A stretch of DNA of 64,000 nucleotides from Azolla caroliniana (taxonomy: Eukaryota > Plantae > Polypodiophyta): positions 16,740,001 through 16,804,000 of the forward strand of contig JBHGNT010000007.1 of the NCBI GenBank assembly GCA_043228905.1. Direction: 5' to 3'. Positions 48,485-61,171 of the stretch are shown in pieces (positions within the stretch are counted from its first letter, which is position 1; each line of letters opens with the position of its first letter). The notes below the pieces were generated by a model that saw nothing but the letters and a program-made list of their open reading frames with translations, did not search any database and had not been told where the DNA came from. Position numbers and translations under genes: made by a program.

Positions 48485-51400
48485 TAGTGGGCCTCCGGGC
48501 ATGATGGTGTTGAACTCACAGAACTACGCCGATTGGAAGATAAAGATGGAAGACCTTCTCATCGTCCGAGACCTGTACGAACCGATCAACAATGCCGAGG
48601 TACCCAAGGGAGTAATAGAGTCGGAGTGGAAGCTCCTGAACCGGAAAGCCGTAGCGACGATCCGGCAATATGTCGATGTAAGCGTTCTACAACATGTGGC
48701 GAACGACACCAACGCATATGAGATGTGGAAGAAGCTGTCGGGCCTCTACGAGAGGAAGAATGCGTTGAACCGGACCTCCCTGATGAGGAAGATCGTGAAC
48801 CTCAAGTACCGGGACGGCGAGAATATGGTGGAACACGTGAGCACGTTCATGGGATTCGTGAACCAGCTTGCGGCGATCAAGTTCCCGTTGGAGGATGCAA
48901 TGCAAGCCATCATTCTGATGTGTACATTGCCGGAAAGCTGGGAGAACTTGGTGGTGACTCTCAGCACCTCCTGCACCGAAGATAACTTGTCTCTACAAAC
49001 GGTAAAGACAAGCATTTTGAACGAAGAAGCGCGTCGAAAAGATAAAGAACCGGTTTCCGATCCGAAGATGCTGCTTACCGAATCGGAACGGGGAAGACAA
49101 TGGAACCGGAGTCCGCAAAGACGGGAGAAGTCGGGGACCCGGTCGCAGTCAAGAGGAAGACCCATATGCTTCCACTGTGGGAAGCCGGGGCACTTCCGGA
49201 AGAATTGTCGGCATTACCGAAAGGACAACGGAGCCGACGACACCGATTCGAAGAAGTCACCGGAGAGAAACGGTGCATACCGGGGAGCCACGGACCGGAG
49301 AGGTCCGGATCGGCGAGGGCAGGACCGGAAAGGAACGACGGCACTCGCGGCAAGTGAAGAAGAGATAATGCTCATTACCGAAGAGAGGGAGCTGAACCTT
49401 GCCGGTGAAGAGATGACCTGGGTGATCGATTCCGGAGCGTCGTTCCACCTGACCCCGGAGAAGAAATACTTCTCATCCTACACAGCCGGTGAGCACGGCT
49501 GTGTCCGGATGGGAAATGAAGGCATAGGAGACGTGTGGCTGATGACATCAACCGGATGCAAGATGCTGTTGAAGGATGTGCGACACGTTCCGGAGGTCCG
49601 ATTGAACCTGATCTCGGCCGGGAGGCTAGATGATGAAGGCTACACGGGTAGCATCCGGAACGGTGTCATGAAGTTCAGCAAGGGGAGCCTGATAGTGGCT
49701 CGGGCCCGGAAGGTCAACACACTGTACCTGATGAATTCCCGGCTATGTCCGGAGGAGCTGAACGTGGCAGCCGACACTGCCAGTGAGCTGTGGCACAAGA
49801 GACTGTGCCACATGAGCGAGAAGGGGATGAAGAGGCTTGCAGAAGACAACCTCATTCCAGTGAAGCATGTGCATCTGTAGAAGTGCACCGATTGTCTGGC
49901 CGGTAAGTAGAACCGAGCCTCCTTCCACTCAAGGCCACCGATGAGACGTAGCGCACCATTGGAGTTGGTGCACACTGATGTGTGTCAAGTAGAAACGAAG
50001 TCACATGGCGGAGCCCAGTACTTCGTGACATTCATTGATGACCATAGCCGGAAGCTGTGGACGGCACCGTTGAAGACAAAGGACCAAGTGTTGTGCGTCT
50101 TCAAAGAACTCCACGCGAGAGTGGAAAGGGAATCCGGCAAGAAGCTGAAAGCGATACGAGCGGATAACGGAGGGGAATACCGGGGGCAGTTCCAGGAGTA
50201 CTGTCGCTCGAAGGGAATCCGGCTCGAGTTTACTGTGCTGAAGACGCCGGAACTAAACGGGCTGGCCGAGAGGATGAACCGGACCATAATGGAGAGGGTC
50301 CGGAGTATGCTGGCACATGCGAAATTACCCAAGGGGTTTTGGGCTGAGGCAATGTCGACGGCGACATACGTGATAAACAGATCACCCTCAGTACCTTTGG
50401 ACGGAGACACGCCGCAGAGAGTGTGGACCGGTAGGGAAGTATCCTACCGGCATCTGAAGGTGTTCAGGTATCTCGCATACGTGCATGTGGCAAAGGACCG
50501 GAGAGGAAAGTTAGATCCAAAGACCCGGCCATGCATATTCCTCGGTTACGGCGACGACGAGTTCGGCTACCGAGTATGGGACCCGGTCGACAAGAAGATA
50601 TTCAGGAGTCGTGATATCATCTTCATGGAGAACAAGACACTCGCCGACTGGGAGTCGGAGAAGAAGATGAAGAGCTCCAAGTCGACCAGTGAGGATAAAC
50701 TCTACGAGGAGCAGTCCCGACCGGCAAGGGACCGGTTAACACTCGAAGATCCGGCCGAAGACGGTGAAGAAACAGAACCGGCCGAAGAAGATGAAAATGA
50801 TACCGGAACCGGCCCCGATCCCGAAATGGATTCGGATGAAGAAGAATCGGAAGAACCAGTTACCGAAGCTCCGGAACGGAGATATCCTCTAAGAGAGAGA
50901 AGGGCCCCCCGGAGATTTCCGGAACCAGAGCACGTGCTGCTAACCGACGAGGGGGAGCCGGAGAGCTTTGAAGAAACAAAACATGACACCCAGAGCCGCA
51001 GGTGGTTGAGTGCCATGCAGGACGAGATGGATTCCCTGCATGAGAACCACACATATGAACTTGTGGAGTTGCCGAAAGGAAAGCGGGCACTTTGAAACAA
51101 GTGGGTGTTCAAGCTGAAACCGGGAGATGCCGGAAACCCCCCGAGATACAAAGCCAGGATCGTGGTGAAGGGGTTTCAGCAGAAGAAGGGCGTCGACTTC
51201 GACGAGATATTTGCCCCGGTAGTGAAGATGACCTCCATCCGGACGGTGCTGAGCATAGCGGCGAGCATGGACCTCGAGGTAGAACAGATGGACGTGAAGA
51301 CGGCATTCCTTCACGGTGACCTCGAAGAAGAGATCTACATGGAGCAACCGGAAGGATTCGAGAAGAAAGGGAAGGAGCACCTGGTATGCCGGTTGAAGAA

Positions 51401-52526
51401 GAGCCTTTACGGACTGAAGCAGGCTCCCCGGCAATGGTACCGGAAGTTCGACTCCTTCATGACCGACGAAGGGTACCTCAAAACGCAGTCCGACCACTGC
51501 GTGTTTGTGAAGAAGTTCGAAGGAGGAGACTTTCTAATACTCCTCCTGTACGTGGACGACATGTTGATCGTCGGACGGGACCAGGTCAAGATACGGATGC
51601 TGAAGAAGGCTCTTCACCGAACCTTCTCAATGAAGGACCTGGGTCCGGCGAGGCAAATACTAGGGATGCACATCATCCGGGACCGGAAGAAGAAGCAGTT
51701 GTGGCTGTCACAGGAGAAGTACGTGACGAAGGTGCTTCACCGGTTCAACATGTCGGAAGCAAGACCGGTCGGATCGACCCTCCCGGCAAACTGCAAGCTG
51801 TCCAGCAAGCAAAGTCCCAAGACAAAGGCTGAAAAGGAGGATATGATGAAAGTGCCGTATGCCTCAGCTGTCGGGAGCTTGATGTACGCCATGGTGTGTA
51901 CGAGACCGGACATAGGATATGCAGTCGGAGTGGTGAGCCGGTACATGAGCAATCCCGGCAAAGAGCATTGGAACGCGGCCAAGTGGATACTCCGATACCT
52001 GAAGGGCACGGCAAACGTGTGCCTCCGATTCGGCTCCGGCAAGCCCAAACTCGACGGCTTCACCGATTCGGATATGTCGGCTGATGCAGATACCAGCCGG
52101 TCCACATCAGGGTATGTGATGACGTATGCAGGGGGAGCTGTTTCATGGCAGTCGAGACTGCAGAAGACGGTTGCATTGTCAACCACGGAGGCGGAGTACA
52201 TGGCGGCTGTTGAAGCCGGCAAGGAAATAATATGGATGAAGGACTTCATTAGAGAGCTCGGTATCCGGCAGGAGGAGTACCGACTCTACTGCGATAGTCA
52301 GAGTGCCATCCACCTTGCAAAGAACGCAGCCTACCATTCCCGGACGAAACACATCCAGCGTAGATACCACTAGATCCGGGAAAGGATAGAAGACAGGGAG
52401 TTCGTGCTGACGAAGATCCACACGGACGACAACGGGTCGGATATGCTGACCAAGGTGCTCACACCCGACAAGCTGGAAGCATGTCGGAAGAGGATTGGAT
52501 TGGAGAGACATCCCATGCCGAAGTGA
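48485..52526 (+). pseudogene. Copia H gag-pol (ATG at 35945, before the G insertion), with in-frame stops
   Basis: MEGGG|SGPPGMMVLN, CFHCGKPGHFRKNC, IDSGAS, DNGGE and LYVDDML; stops near 49878, 49908, 51093 and 52371. Confidence 0.93.
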
Positions 52527-53219
52527 AGGGGGAGTTTGTTGGGATTTCGGTCCCTCCGGATGGGATGTCCGGAGATGAACGACGGCAAGCCCGGTTGCGG
52601 TTACGGAACCGGATGATGAAGAGTACCCGGCATGAAGCCGGATGAAGAGACCCCGACTACGGGGCCGGATGCTGTAGACTCCGGCTACGGAGCCGGATGC
52701 TGAAGACTCCGGCTACGGAGCCGGATGATGAAGACCCCGGCTACGGAGCCGGATGACGAATGTACCCGGAGAGAGATCCGGATGCGGGGACATATTTGTG
52801 AATATGTTTGCCAAGAGCCCTTGAGGCTATATTTGTAAATAGCCCGAAAGTCATATGTGTATAAATATGACTTAGGGCAAACAGTTTAAAAGTTGTTGCT
52901 CATTTTTCATGCGAAGTGAGAGCAGCCGAGAGAGAGAAAGAGAGAGAGACGAAGAGGTCGTTGCCTCTGTGTATTACCGCCGCCTGTGGCGAAGACAGTG
53001 AGCTCAAGGTTGTTGCCTTGTAGCTTCACCATTGTACACCTCTGTTTATAGTGATAGTTGGAGTTTGAGGACTCCCGTGGTTTTTCCCATTTAGGGTTTT
53101 CCACGTAAAACATCCTGTGTACCTTTCTCTCTGTTGTCTTCGTGCATATTGTATTTCCCGTTTTCTGTGAGTTGATCTTATTCATCGGTTGTGGACGAGC
53201 ACTGATTTTCAACACTTTG

Positions 53220-54260
53220 TTCATTGCATTCACCATGTGGGCCACCGAGTTGGTCCCTCCTTGTGGCAGGGTACACATTCGCACTAGGCCGAGGGGAGTT
53301 CGCATCGTCGTAATGTCTCTGCATTCCACAGCTAGCTGGAACTGGTCGTACCCCGAGTACAGATCACCGACCGAGTAAATCGACCTTCCGGCGAAGGCCT
53401 CCGCGAACTCGTCTATGGTCGGTCCGATTCCTGCGTTCCGGATGGTCACTCTGTTGACCGACTGCAGGTCCTGAATGAAGCGCAATGTTCCGTTTTTCTT
53501 TGGTATGGTAAACCATCGGTTCGAGTATGGCGCGCTCGACGGTTCGAGAATACCCATATCGACTTTCTGCCTCAATAGCTCCATCAACTTCGGGATGTGA
53601 GCTCTCGGTACTGGAATCGGCTTGAGATTCCACGGTACATGCGGTACCGTGAATATCACCATCGGCTCCACGATCGTCGGGTCTACGCACCCGATCTCTT
53701 CCGGTGAGAATGCAAAGGCTTTCCCGTGCCTTCCGAGCATTCTCCGAAACCGGTCTTCCTCCGCCGGCAGTAGGAACCCGCCCCCACCGATTTTGAGCTC
53801 CCGGAGCGTTCCGTCGGTGAAGGTGTGTCCTATGCAGGCTGGATCTCGTAGATTGGGGTCCGACGCCACCCCTCTGATTCGGGACTCGCTGCCCTCCGGC
53901 AAGGGTGCCGCGACTGGCCTTACCTTCCGGTCCACAGTCTTGTACCTCGTGCTAACCCGGGCCGTCCGATCCGACCCGAGCCCCCGACTGAAGTTCGCGA
54001 TGACTTCGTACATCTTTTCGGAACATACCGGTATCGTCCGGAGACCGCCTCCACGGCTCCGCTGATTTCCTCGTCCGGGCCGAGAACTCCGCACGCTCGA
54101 AGTCGCTCTTCCGCCCTTGTCTTTTCTCGGCCGACGATGCCGACTATCATACACCCTCCATTGTCGGAGAAGCAAAATCCCCTACCTATCGTACAGTCGT
54201 GGGGTCTTTTCCGAGTGTCCGGACTGTCTCGGCCCCACGCCTTGGCAGCCCTCTCAAAAA
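53220..54260 (-). pseudogene. Element D pol, 5' part (linker, RT N-terminal half)
   Basis: YKTVDRKVRPV, WNLKPIPVPRAH, DLYSGY and LPQGGTNSV...NKV; continues at 35207. Confidence 0.92.
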
Positions 54261-56381
54261 ATCCTCCCGGTTCTCGCCACCGAGGGATTCACGGTTTCTC
54301 TCGTGGTTCGGCCGCACCGTCAGAAACTGAACCGAATGGCGCCCGTCCTGGCTTTTGACCCTTGCGTAGGCCGAACCGTTGTCCAGCACCTTGGTCTCCA
54401 TTCTCGCCGCCGTGATGTATGGTTCCCCTAATATGACCGGATGCGAGGACGTCTCCTATACGAAGAAGTGCTGGTCAATCTCGACGTCGCCGATCTTTAC
54501 TCGCACATTCGGGCAGGCCCCGTGCAGTTCCTCGGTGGCGCGCGTCGCCGCCCGTATCTTCCACCCGTGCCTGGTGTTGATCGGCCACTTTCCCTTCTTA
54601 TAGAAGTCCATGGACATTAGGTTTATTTCCGAACCGTGGTCCACCAACGCCACCCACGGTTCCTGAACACCTCCGATTTTTACCGGGGTCTCCGTGGTCG
54701 CTCGGGCCCAGTGTGGCCTCGAATAGTGGCTCTCCGCCCACTCATCTTCCAGCGCCGAGTCGTCGATGTGCGTCGTCCGCACCTCCACCGGTCTTTCCGG
54801 TTCCGTCTCCGTCGACAGTCTCTTCTGTTTCACCAAGTCTACAATGGAGTCGTGGAACTCCTTCTTGGCGATCCCTAGCACCTCCCGTAATGACAGCTCC
54901 ACTTTGCTGTCAAGGATCCGTTCTTCTAGGACCTTTCGTAGGTCTGTAGTCCTTTCTATTTCTGTCCCCAGTCGGTACCCGCCCTTCCTGGGGTTATCTT
55001 GCGGGCCGGGCCCACCGGCATCGTTCCGTCGTTGCCCGAATCGGGTCTCGTACCGTTGTGAGGGCCTGGCCGCTCCGACTTTCCCCACTCGTTTTTCTTC
55101 TACCAGAGCCTCGTAGTTCCGGCAAGCGGCTTCTACGAAGCCCGTCTTCTCCTCGACCGGATCGCTCCACCCGGTTATTTCCCGGACCCGTCTCTCAGCG
55201 CGGTCCGTTTCATCTTTCCTCAGCCGCACGCCGGCGAGGCCTTCCAGCATTGCCAACCAGAAACCGTCTTTACTCTCCTTTCGGGCCTCGCTGCCCCCGA
55301 CCCGAATACCGGCTAACGCCGAGTAGTGGATGGCCTCCACGTGTCGGGCCGCTGCCTCTTCCATCAGTCTCTTCATACCTCCTCGCCCGTCGTTTCGGCT
55401 CAGGGCCCTCCTGGTGTCGCCAGCGTGCACCCGGCCTTCCCACAGGTACACCACCCGGTTTCTCAACGCCTCTGCGAAATCGCCGCAGTCCTTCCGAATG
55501 TGGCCGACCTCGTCGCACCACATGCACTTGTTCCCCGCTGCCGGCCATCGGTCATGAGCCGGTTCGCCGCCTTCCCTTCGAGTCTGGGCGATCTGGAGAT
55601 CCTTTATCGCCCGCGTCAACTCCTCTAGCGCTGCTCCTCCGGACGAGCCATTGACCATGCTGGTCGAAGCCGGACCGGTTTCGAGCCATTCCCGGGTTTC
55701 TTCCCTTCGCACTTGCGGTGCCGGTTCAAGCCTCCTTGCTGTAACAGAGCCCGCACCGGCCGCCCCGTCGTCAGCCCATTCTTGCCGTTTGTCGAAACGG
55801 CCACAGACTCTCTTAACCGCAGCCCAGTCGGTTGTCAGCCCGTCTTCAGTTTCCAGCAAGGAGCCGACTTGATCCCGGTCCCGCTTGTCCACCGACTTGA
55901 CGAACAGTAGGACCCGGCTCGTATCCAGAATGGTTCGGTCAAGCGCCGAAAGGCGCGCAAAGCGTTCTTTGAACTCCCGGAGGAGTGCCGACGCGTTTCT
56001 TCCTTTGCCGAGGGACTCCACCCATTCCATGATGTCCCGTTTCGAAAGCCGAAGTGCGTCGTCCACCCCATATTTCTCTAGGAGTCGGCCTTCGAACTCC
56101 TCCCAGGTACGGCTCTCCGCCCGTACCTCGAGCACCTCCGCATGGATGCTCGGCATCGCCACTCGAGGGAACCCGGCAAGACGCCTCTCTTCCGGAATGT
56201 CCCGCATCAGCATTTCCGCCCCGTAGGACGCCAAATACTTCGTAGCATCCTTTCCGCTGAAACGGCCGATCGTACCGATGACCGCCTCAATGGCTCTGTT
56301 GAGGGCACCGGTGCCCTCGCGTGTGCTCAATATCCGATCCACGGCCGAAGCCATGGCCTCTGCAAGATCCGACCCCTTCAT
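54186..56381 (-). pseudogene. Element D gag-protease ORF with one premature stop at 54456
   Basis: CMWCDEVGHIRKDC and VDHGSE; TAG where J has CAG. Confidence 0.92.
54198..54264 (-). promoter_or_regulatory. Predicted -1 frameshift signal in D
   Basis: G_GAU_UUU_UUG; stem1 GGGCTG/CAGTCC, stem2 CGTGGGG/CCCCACG. The -1 frame GFFERAAKAWG aligns with GFLKRTIEAWG in G. Confidence 0.7.
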
Positions 56382-57066
56382 CTTCTACTCTTCTGCCGCC
56401 TCCTTCACGTCGGGTTCACCAAATATGTCGAGGTATTCCTCACGGATGCGTGGAGTGAGGCGGGACCTCGGGGGTCCTGTACCGAAGAGTAAGAGAGAAA
56501 GAGAAGAGACCCACTACGTGCGATCGTAGATTCACAGGGACACGGCCCTTCGACGCAAGACGCGAGTGGGACAACGACACAGAAAGACACGAAAGTATGT
56601 ATGTATTGACAAGACAAACAACAAGAACACGAAGACAACAAACACGAAGTCGGTTACAACCGAACAGGCCGGCGAACAGATGCCGATACCTGCTCGTAAA
56701 CGCACAGAGGGGAAAGAGTAGGTTGGAGGTGCTGCCGGAAGCACTCGGGCATTCCTCAGAGCAGCGCGAGCCTCCCGAAACCTGCACAGAAGGAAGCTAT
56801 GGCGTTTGCAACCGGAAAGAGAGAGAGAGAGAGAAGCCTTCGCACACAAACCGACAGCACTTCGTCCTCGACTCTCCGCGATCCCTCTACCCTCCTCGTC
56901 TCCCTCCTTTTATAGGCAAGGAAGGAGCCGTTTCCCCTTTACTCCCTACCTACCGAATCTACCTAGGATCTCCTATGTACAACTTAAGGCGCACGTGCAT
57001 GAAGAGTCGGTTTCTACGCTCCGGTGCACCGATTCCACTCGTGGACGGTTTTCTTCACGACAACGT

Positions 57067-57851
57067 GACAAAGGTGCTTCAGCGGTTCAACATGTCAGGC
57101 ACGAAACCGGTCGGATCGACACTTCCGGCAAACTGCAGATTATCCGGTAATCAAAGCCTGAAGATGAAAGCAGAGAAGGCGGATATGATGAAGGTGCCAT
57201 ATGCCTCTGCCGTCAGGAGCTTAATGTACGCAATGGTGTGTACTCAACCGGATATTGGATACGTAGTCGGAGTGGTGAGCCGGTTTATGAGCAATCCCGG
57301 CAAGGAGCACTGGAACACGGTCAAATGGATACTCTAGTACTTGAATGGCACATCGAATATGTGTCTCCGATTCGGCTCCGGTAAACCTCAACTTGACGGT
57401 TTTTGCCGATTCGAACATGTCGGCTGATGTGGATACCAACCGGTCTACATTCGGGTATGTAAAGACATATGCAAGGGGAGCTGTTTCGTGGCAGTCGAGG
57501 CTGCAGAAGACGGTTGTCTTGTCAACCACGGAGGCGGAGTACATGGCGGCTATGGAAGCCGACAAGGAAATATTATGGATGAAGAACTTCATCGGTGAGC
57601 TCAGTATCTGGCAAGATGAATACCGGCTTTATTGCGATAGTCAAAGTGCCATCCACCTTGCCAAGAACGCAGCGTACCATTCCAGGATGAAGCATATCCA
57701 GCGTAGGTATCACTGGATCCGAGAGCGAATAGAAGATCAAGAGTTCGCGTTGACGAAGATCCACACGGCCGAGAACAGGTCAGATATGCTGACCAAAGTA
57801 CTGATACCCGACAAGCTGAATGCATGTCGGAAGCGGATCAGACTAGTATGA
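57067..57851 (+). pseudogene. Copia A RT end and RNase H
   Basis: TKVLQRF resumes after the TSD; GAVSWQSRLQ, TEAEY and DMLTK follow. Confidence 0.92.
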
Positions 57852-58615
57852 CATCCCATGCCGGAGTGAAGGGGGAGTTTGTTAGGAAACAGGTCCCTCC
57901 GGATGGGAAGTGAGAAGAACCGTGCCGAATCTGGATGTGGAGCACCTGGCAACGGAAGACCCGGTGAGAACCGGATGTGGCATACCTGGCAACGGAAGAC
58001 CTGGTCAGAACCGGATGTGGCGTACCTGGCAACAGAAGACCCGGTGAGAATCGGACGTGGCGTACCCGGCAACGGAAGACCCGGTGAGAACCAGATGTGA
58101 TGTACCAGGCAACGGGAGACCCGGTGAGAACCAGATGTTGCAGGCCCGGTGAGAACCTCTCATCGGATAAAAGGGACATATATGTAAATATGTTCTAGAG
58201 AGCCCACTGGGGCTATATTTGTAAATAGCCCGAAAGTCATATTAGTATAAATATGACCTAGGGCAAACTTAATGATTATGATAGAGTTGTTGGTGTAACC
58301 TTTGTACAGTGCATAAGAGAGAGAGTGAGAGCGACATACAGAGATTGTGTCTCAGTTGTAACCGCCGCGAGGCGAAGATTGTGAGCAAGAGGTCGTTTCC
58401 TCTGTGCTCCTTGTTGTATTACTTTACATAGTGATAGTTTGGAGTCTGTGGACTCCCGTGGTTTTTCCCTCCCAGGGTTTTCCAGGTTAATATCCTATGT
58501 ATTCTCTTTTGTTTGTTCGTGCACTTACCCCCATTCCCATTTCTTCTGTGTTCGATTGTATCAAGTGATTTACCCTTCGGTTGTTGCCGGAGATTATTCC
58601 GCGTATTAAACGACA

Positions 58616-58788
58616 AATTGCTCCTCTTGGGAGATAATGCACATGAAGACAACAACCTACACCTGATGATTCATCGACATGAGCCTATACAATAACTTCA
58701 ATGAAGAGAGCAAGGCTCATGAACTCTGGGAGAATGTAGACATCATGTTTCAGAACAAGTGCCATAAATCAAGTCTCAGTATTTCAGA
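58616..58788 (+). pseudogene. Continuation of copia B gag, degenerate
   Basis: WEIMHMKTT...FIDMSLYNNFNEESKAHELWE, collinear with A gag at 28765-28925. Confidence 0.85.
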
Positions 58789-60922
58789 TATACGGTGTCC
58801 TCCATCCGAGGAGCACCCGTGATGGCCCTCTTGGCCTTAGTCGACCTGCATGATGCCTTGATTTCTTGTCTGGTGCCGTTGTTCGCCATTGCCCTTGTCC
58901 CCTTGCCGCTACCGTCCATATCCCTCGATTTCACGTTGCCACGTCAGCCGAACTACTGGGGTCTCCGGAATTGGTGTGAAGGATCCTTCTTGGGCCTCCG
59001 ATGTCCTTCGAGGCTACCGACCCGTGCAATCCGTCTTCACGCCCGTAGTCACTCCGGCACCTCCGTGTGTCGCGCATCCCCTTAACTTCACCCCAAAAGG
59101 GGCTTTGTTTGCCCTCCTCCATTGCTCGCCACCTCTCTGTCGAACTTCGGTATCCCTTCGTGCACGCTCCGTTGGCCCTCACCTAGCCAAATTCGTGCAT
59201 CGCCGATTCACCCATTTACCTGATGTCCTCCGTGTCTGAGGAACACCCCGTAGTAGCCCGCTTGGCCCTCTTTCGTCCCGCGTTGCTGCAACTGATTTGG
59301 TGCCATCCGCTTGCCGTCGTTCCCTCACCCCCACCAGCTTGTTATCTCGGGCTTGGCTTGCCACGCCAACCGTTGCCACTCCGACTGAGCCGCCGAGATC
59401 TCCGAAGTGGATGTGGAGGATCCTTCTCCAGCATTTGACTGTTTCCGGTCACCGACTAGTGCAGTCTATCCCCCACCCGGTTTCCGTCCCGGCACCACCG
59501 CGTGCTGTCTTCCGCTTCCCTTGTTCGGCTTCGCCTATACCGAACACTGTCCCGTATCCGTGCTTTACTTTGACCCTCGATGGCCACATGCACGTCTCCC
59601 ATTCCATCTCGCATGTGTCCTTTCGGCTTGACACACTGCTCCTCGTTCGTGTGTCCCCGACAGCTTACTAGAAGATCACCCTTGCCGCGCTCCAGCCTGC
59701 ATGGACTCCTTTGTTCATGTGACGCCTTGGTTGTGTGGTGTCTCTCTGCCACTGGCTTCATCTCCTTGCCGCCACCGTCAATCTCTTGGCCCTACGTCGA
59801 CCTCGCTACCGACCGCCGAAGTCTCTAGATTCGGTGTGAAGGGTCCTCCTTGGGCCTTCGATTCTCTTAGGCCACCAGCTCGTCCAAGCGCGTCTAGCCT
59901 TCGTCCTTCGTTTGTTTGACCTTGCCGATCGGGTCCAGTTCCGATTAGTGGCTGCCTTGCCAGCCTCATACTTCTTGTGCGCTCTGCATTCCGCTTCCCG
60001 CCTTCTGAACACGTTCCCTGCCACCACCGTCCATCTCTCTAGGTCTCACGCCGGTCTCGTTGCCGGCTGCCGGAGTCTCCAGGTCGGTGTGAAGGTTTCC
60101 GTGGGATCACCTCTCTTGCCGTTTTCGCCCTTGTCCCCTCGCCGCCACCGCCAATCTCATGGTTGTCGGCCCACTGCCGACCACCGATTACTCGTTTCGG
60201 TGTGAAAGATCCTCCTCGAGCCTCCGATTTGTCTCCCGACCCTTTCCTGGGTCGTCCTTCTCCGCATGTCGAGAGGGCGGTTTGCTCCACACCCTCCCCG
60301 TGGTACCGACGTACCGTATTCCCTCCCTTCCGGATCGGTTATCCGAAAGGCCGCTCTCCCGGTTCTCATTTGGGTCTATTCATTCCTCTCTGAATTGTCG
60401 AGTCTCGTTCTCCTGCCGCCACCGTCTGTATCTTGGTCTTACATCGGATCCGATGCCGACCGCCGAAGTCTCTAGCCCGGTGTGAGATTACCCATAGAAC
60501 TGGTCTTCGTTCCTCCGCTTCATTGTTCTTCTCTCGAACTCGTCGTCGACCTTCTTGTTGTGCTCCTGCCTCCATCTTCCATCTCTCTAGGTCTGACGCC
60601 GGAGTCTCTAGATGAGATGTGGGGTTTTCGATTCCGAAACAACTCTCGTCGACTCGTTCGAGGCCACTGACCCCTTTAGTGGTGTAAGTGGAAAGCATCC
60701 GCTCTATGATCGATCAATGTCCATTGTTTCGGCTCCGATGCCGATCCCGTCGGACACGTTCCATACCCTCGATCATCTTCTTCCTGAACTCCGACCTTCA
60801 CCTTGGTCGATCTTTCTCCCCCATGTAAAGAGGGCGGCTCGTCCCGCACCCTCTTCCGCATGATACCGTCGTACCTCGATTGGCCTCCGCCTCGACCACA
60901 TCCGTCTTGTCTGTTGTTGTGT
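58789..60922. repeat. Unclassified GC- and pyrimidine-rich insertion with ~6 degenerate ~85-bp modules
   Basis: GCCGCCACCGTC...GTCTC..GGTGTGAAG modules near 58904, 59766, 60019, 60140, 60413 and 60566. No recognisable protein. Confidence 0.55.
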
Positions 60923-61171
60923 TGTTACGCTCTCGCGTATGAAATAAGGCGGAACCGCGGGGGCCCTAAACCGAGGAGCGTGAGAGAGAAGAGGGAGAGA
61001 GATTCGCAGAAACACAGAGAGACAGAAACGAAAGGATCCATTCCAATAACAGTATAGATTACAGAGCTTGCAATGTTACACCCGGCAAGCCGGTGACAAA
61101 CTCAACACAGACGAACACACGCATGGAAATACGTAGTGGAGCCACTACCGGAAGCACACGGGCTTTCACGC
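60923..61171 (-). mobile_element. Probable U5 end of another LTR (element I), interrupted by J
   Basis: Abrupt compositional switch at TGTTACG. GGGGGCCC...CCGAGGAG plus an AG-rich run resembles the U5 ends of the D and G LTRs. The partner end is not in the window. Confidence 0.45.

Larger units (their letters stand above)
35208..53214 (+). mobile_element. Copia element H, inserted in the D RT
   Basis: LTRs 35208-35913 and 52537-53214 differ by one 28-bp unit and ~3 substitutions. Perfect TSD CTTTG; PBS-Met 35917-35928; PPT 52521-52536. Confidence 0.96.
32139..57062 (-). mobile_element. Gypsy element D (tRNA-Trp-primed lineage), inserted in the A RT
   Basis: 637-bp TGTCG...CGACA LTRs at 32139-32775 and 56426-57062 (~11 differences). 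4-bp TSD ACGT; PBS 56405-56421; PPT GGTGGGGGCGGA at 32776-32787. Confidence 0.95.
13262..58615 (+). mobile_element. Copia element A, full length but degenerate, expanded to 45 kb by nested insertions
   Basis: 5' LTR 13262-13914 + 28558-28584; PBS-Met 28588-28598; PPT ~57863-57879; 3' LTR 57880-58615. B gag resumes immediately after. Flanks AGATG/AATTG are an imperfect TSD. Confidence 0.9.

Noticed and set aside
56597-57337. Novel fusion proteins at 56597-57337, 52907-54175 and 48459-49880
   Set aside because: Chance read-through across insertion junctions between LTR sequence and host pol or gag.
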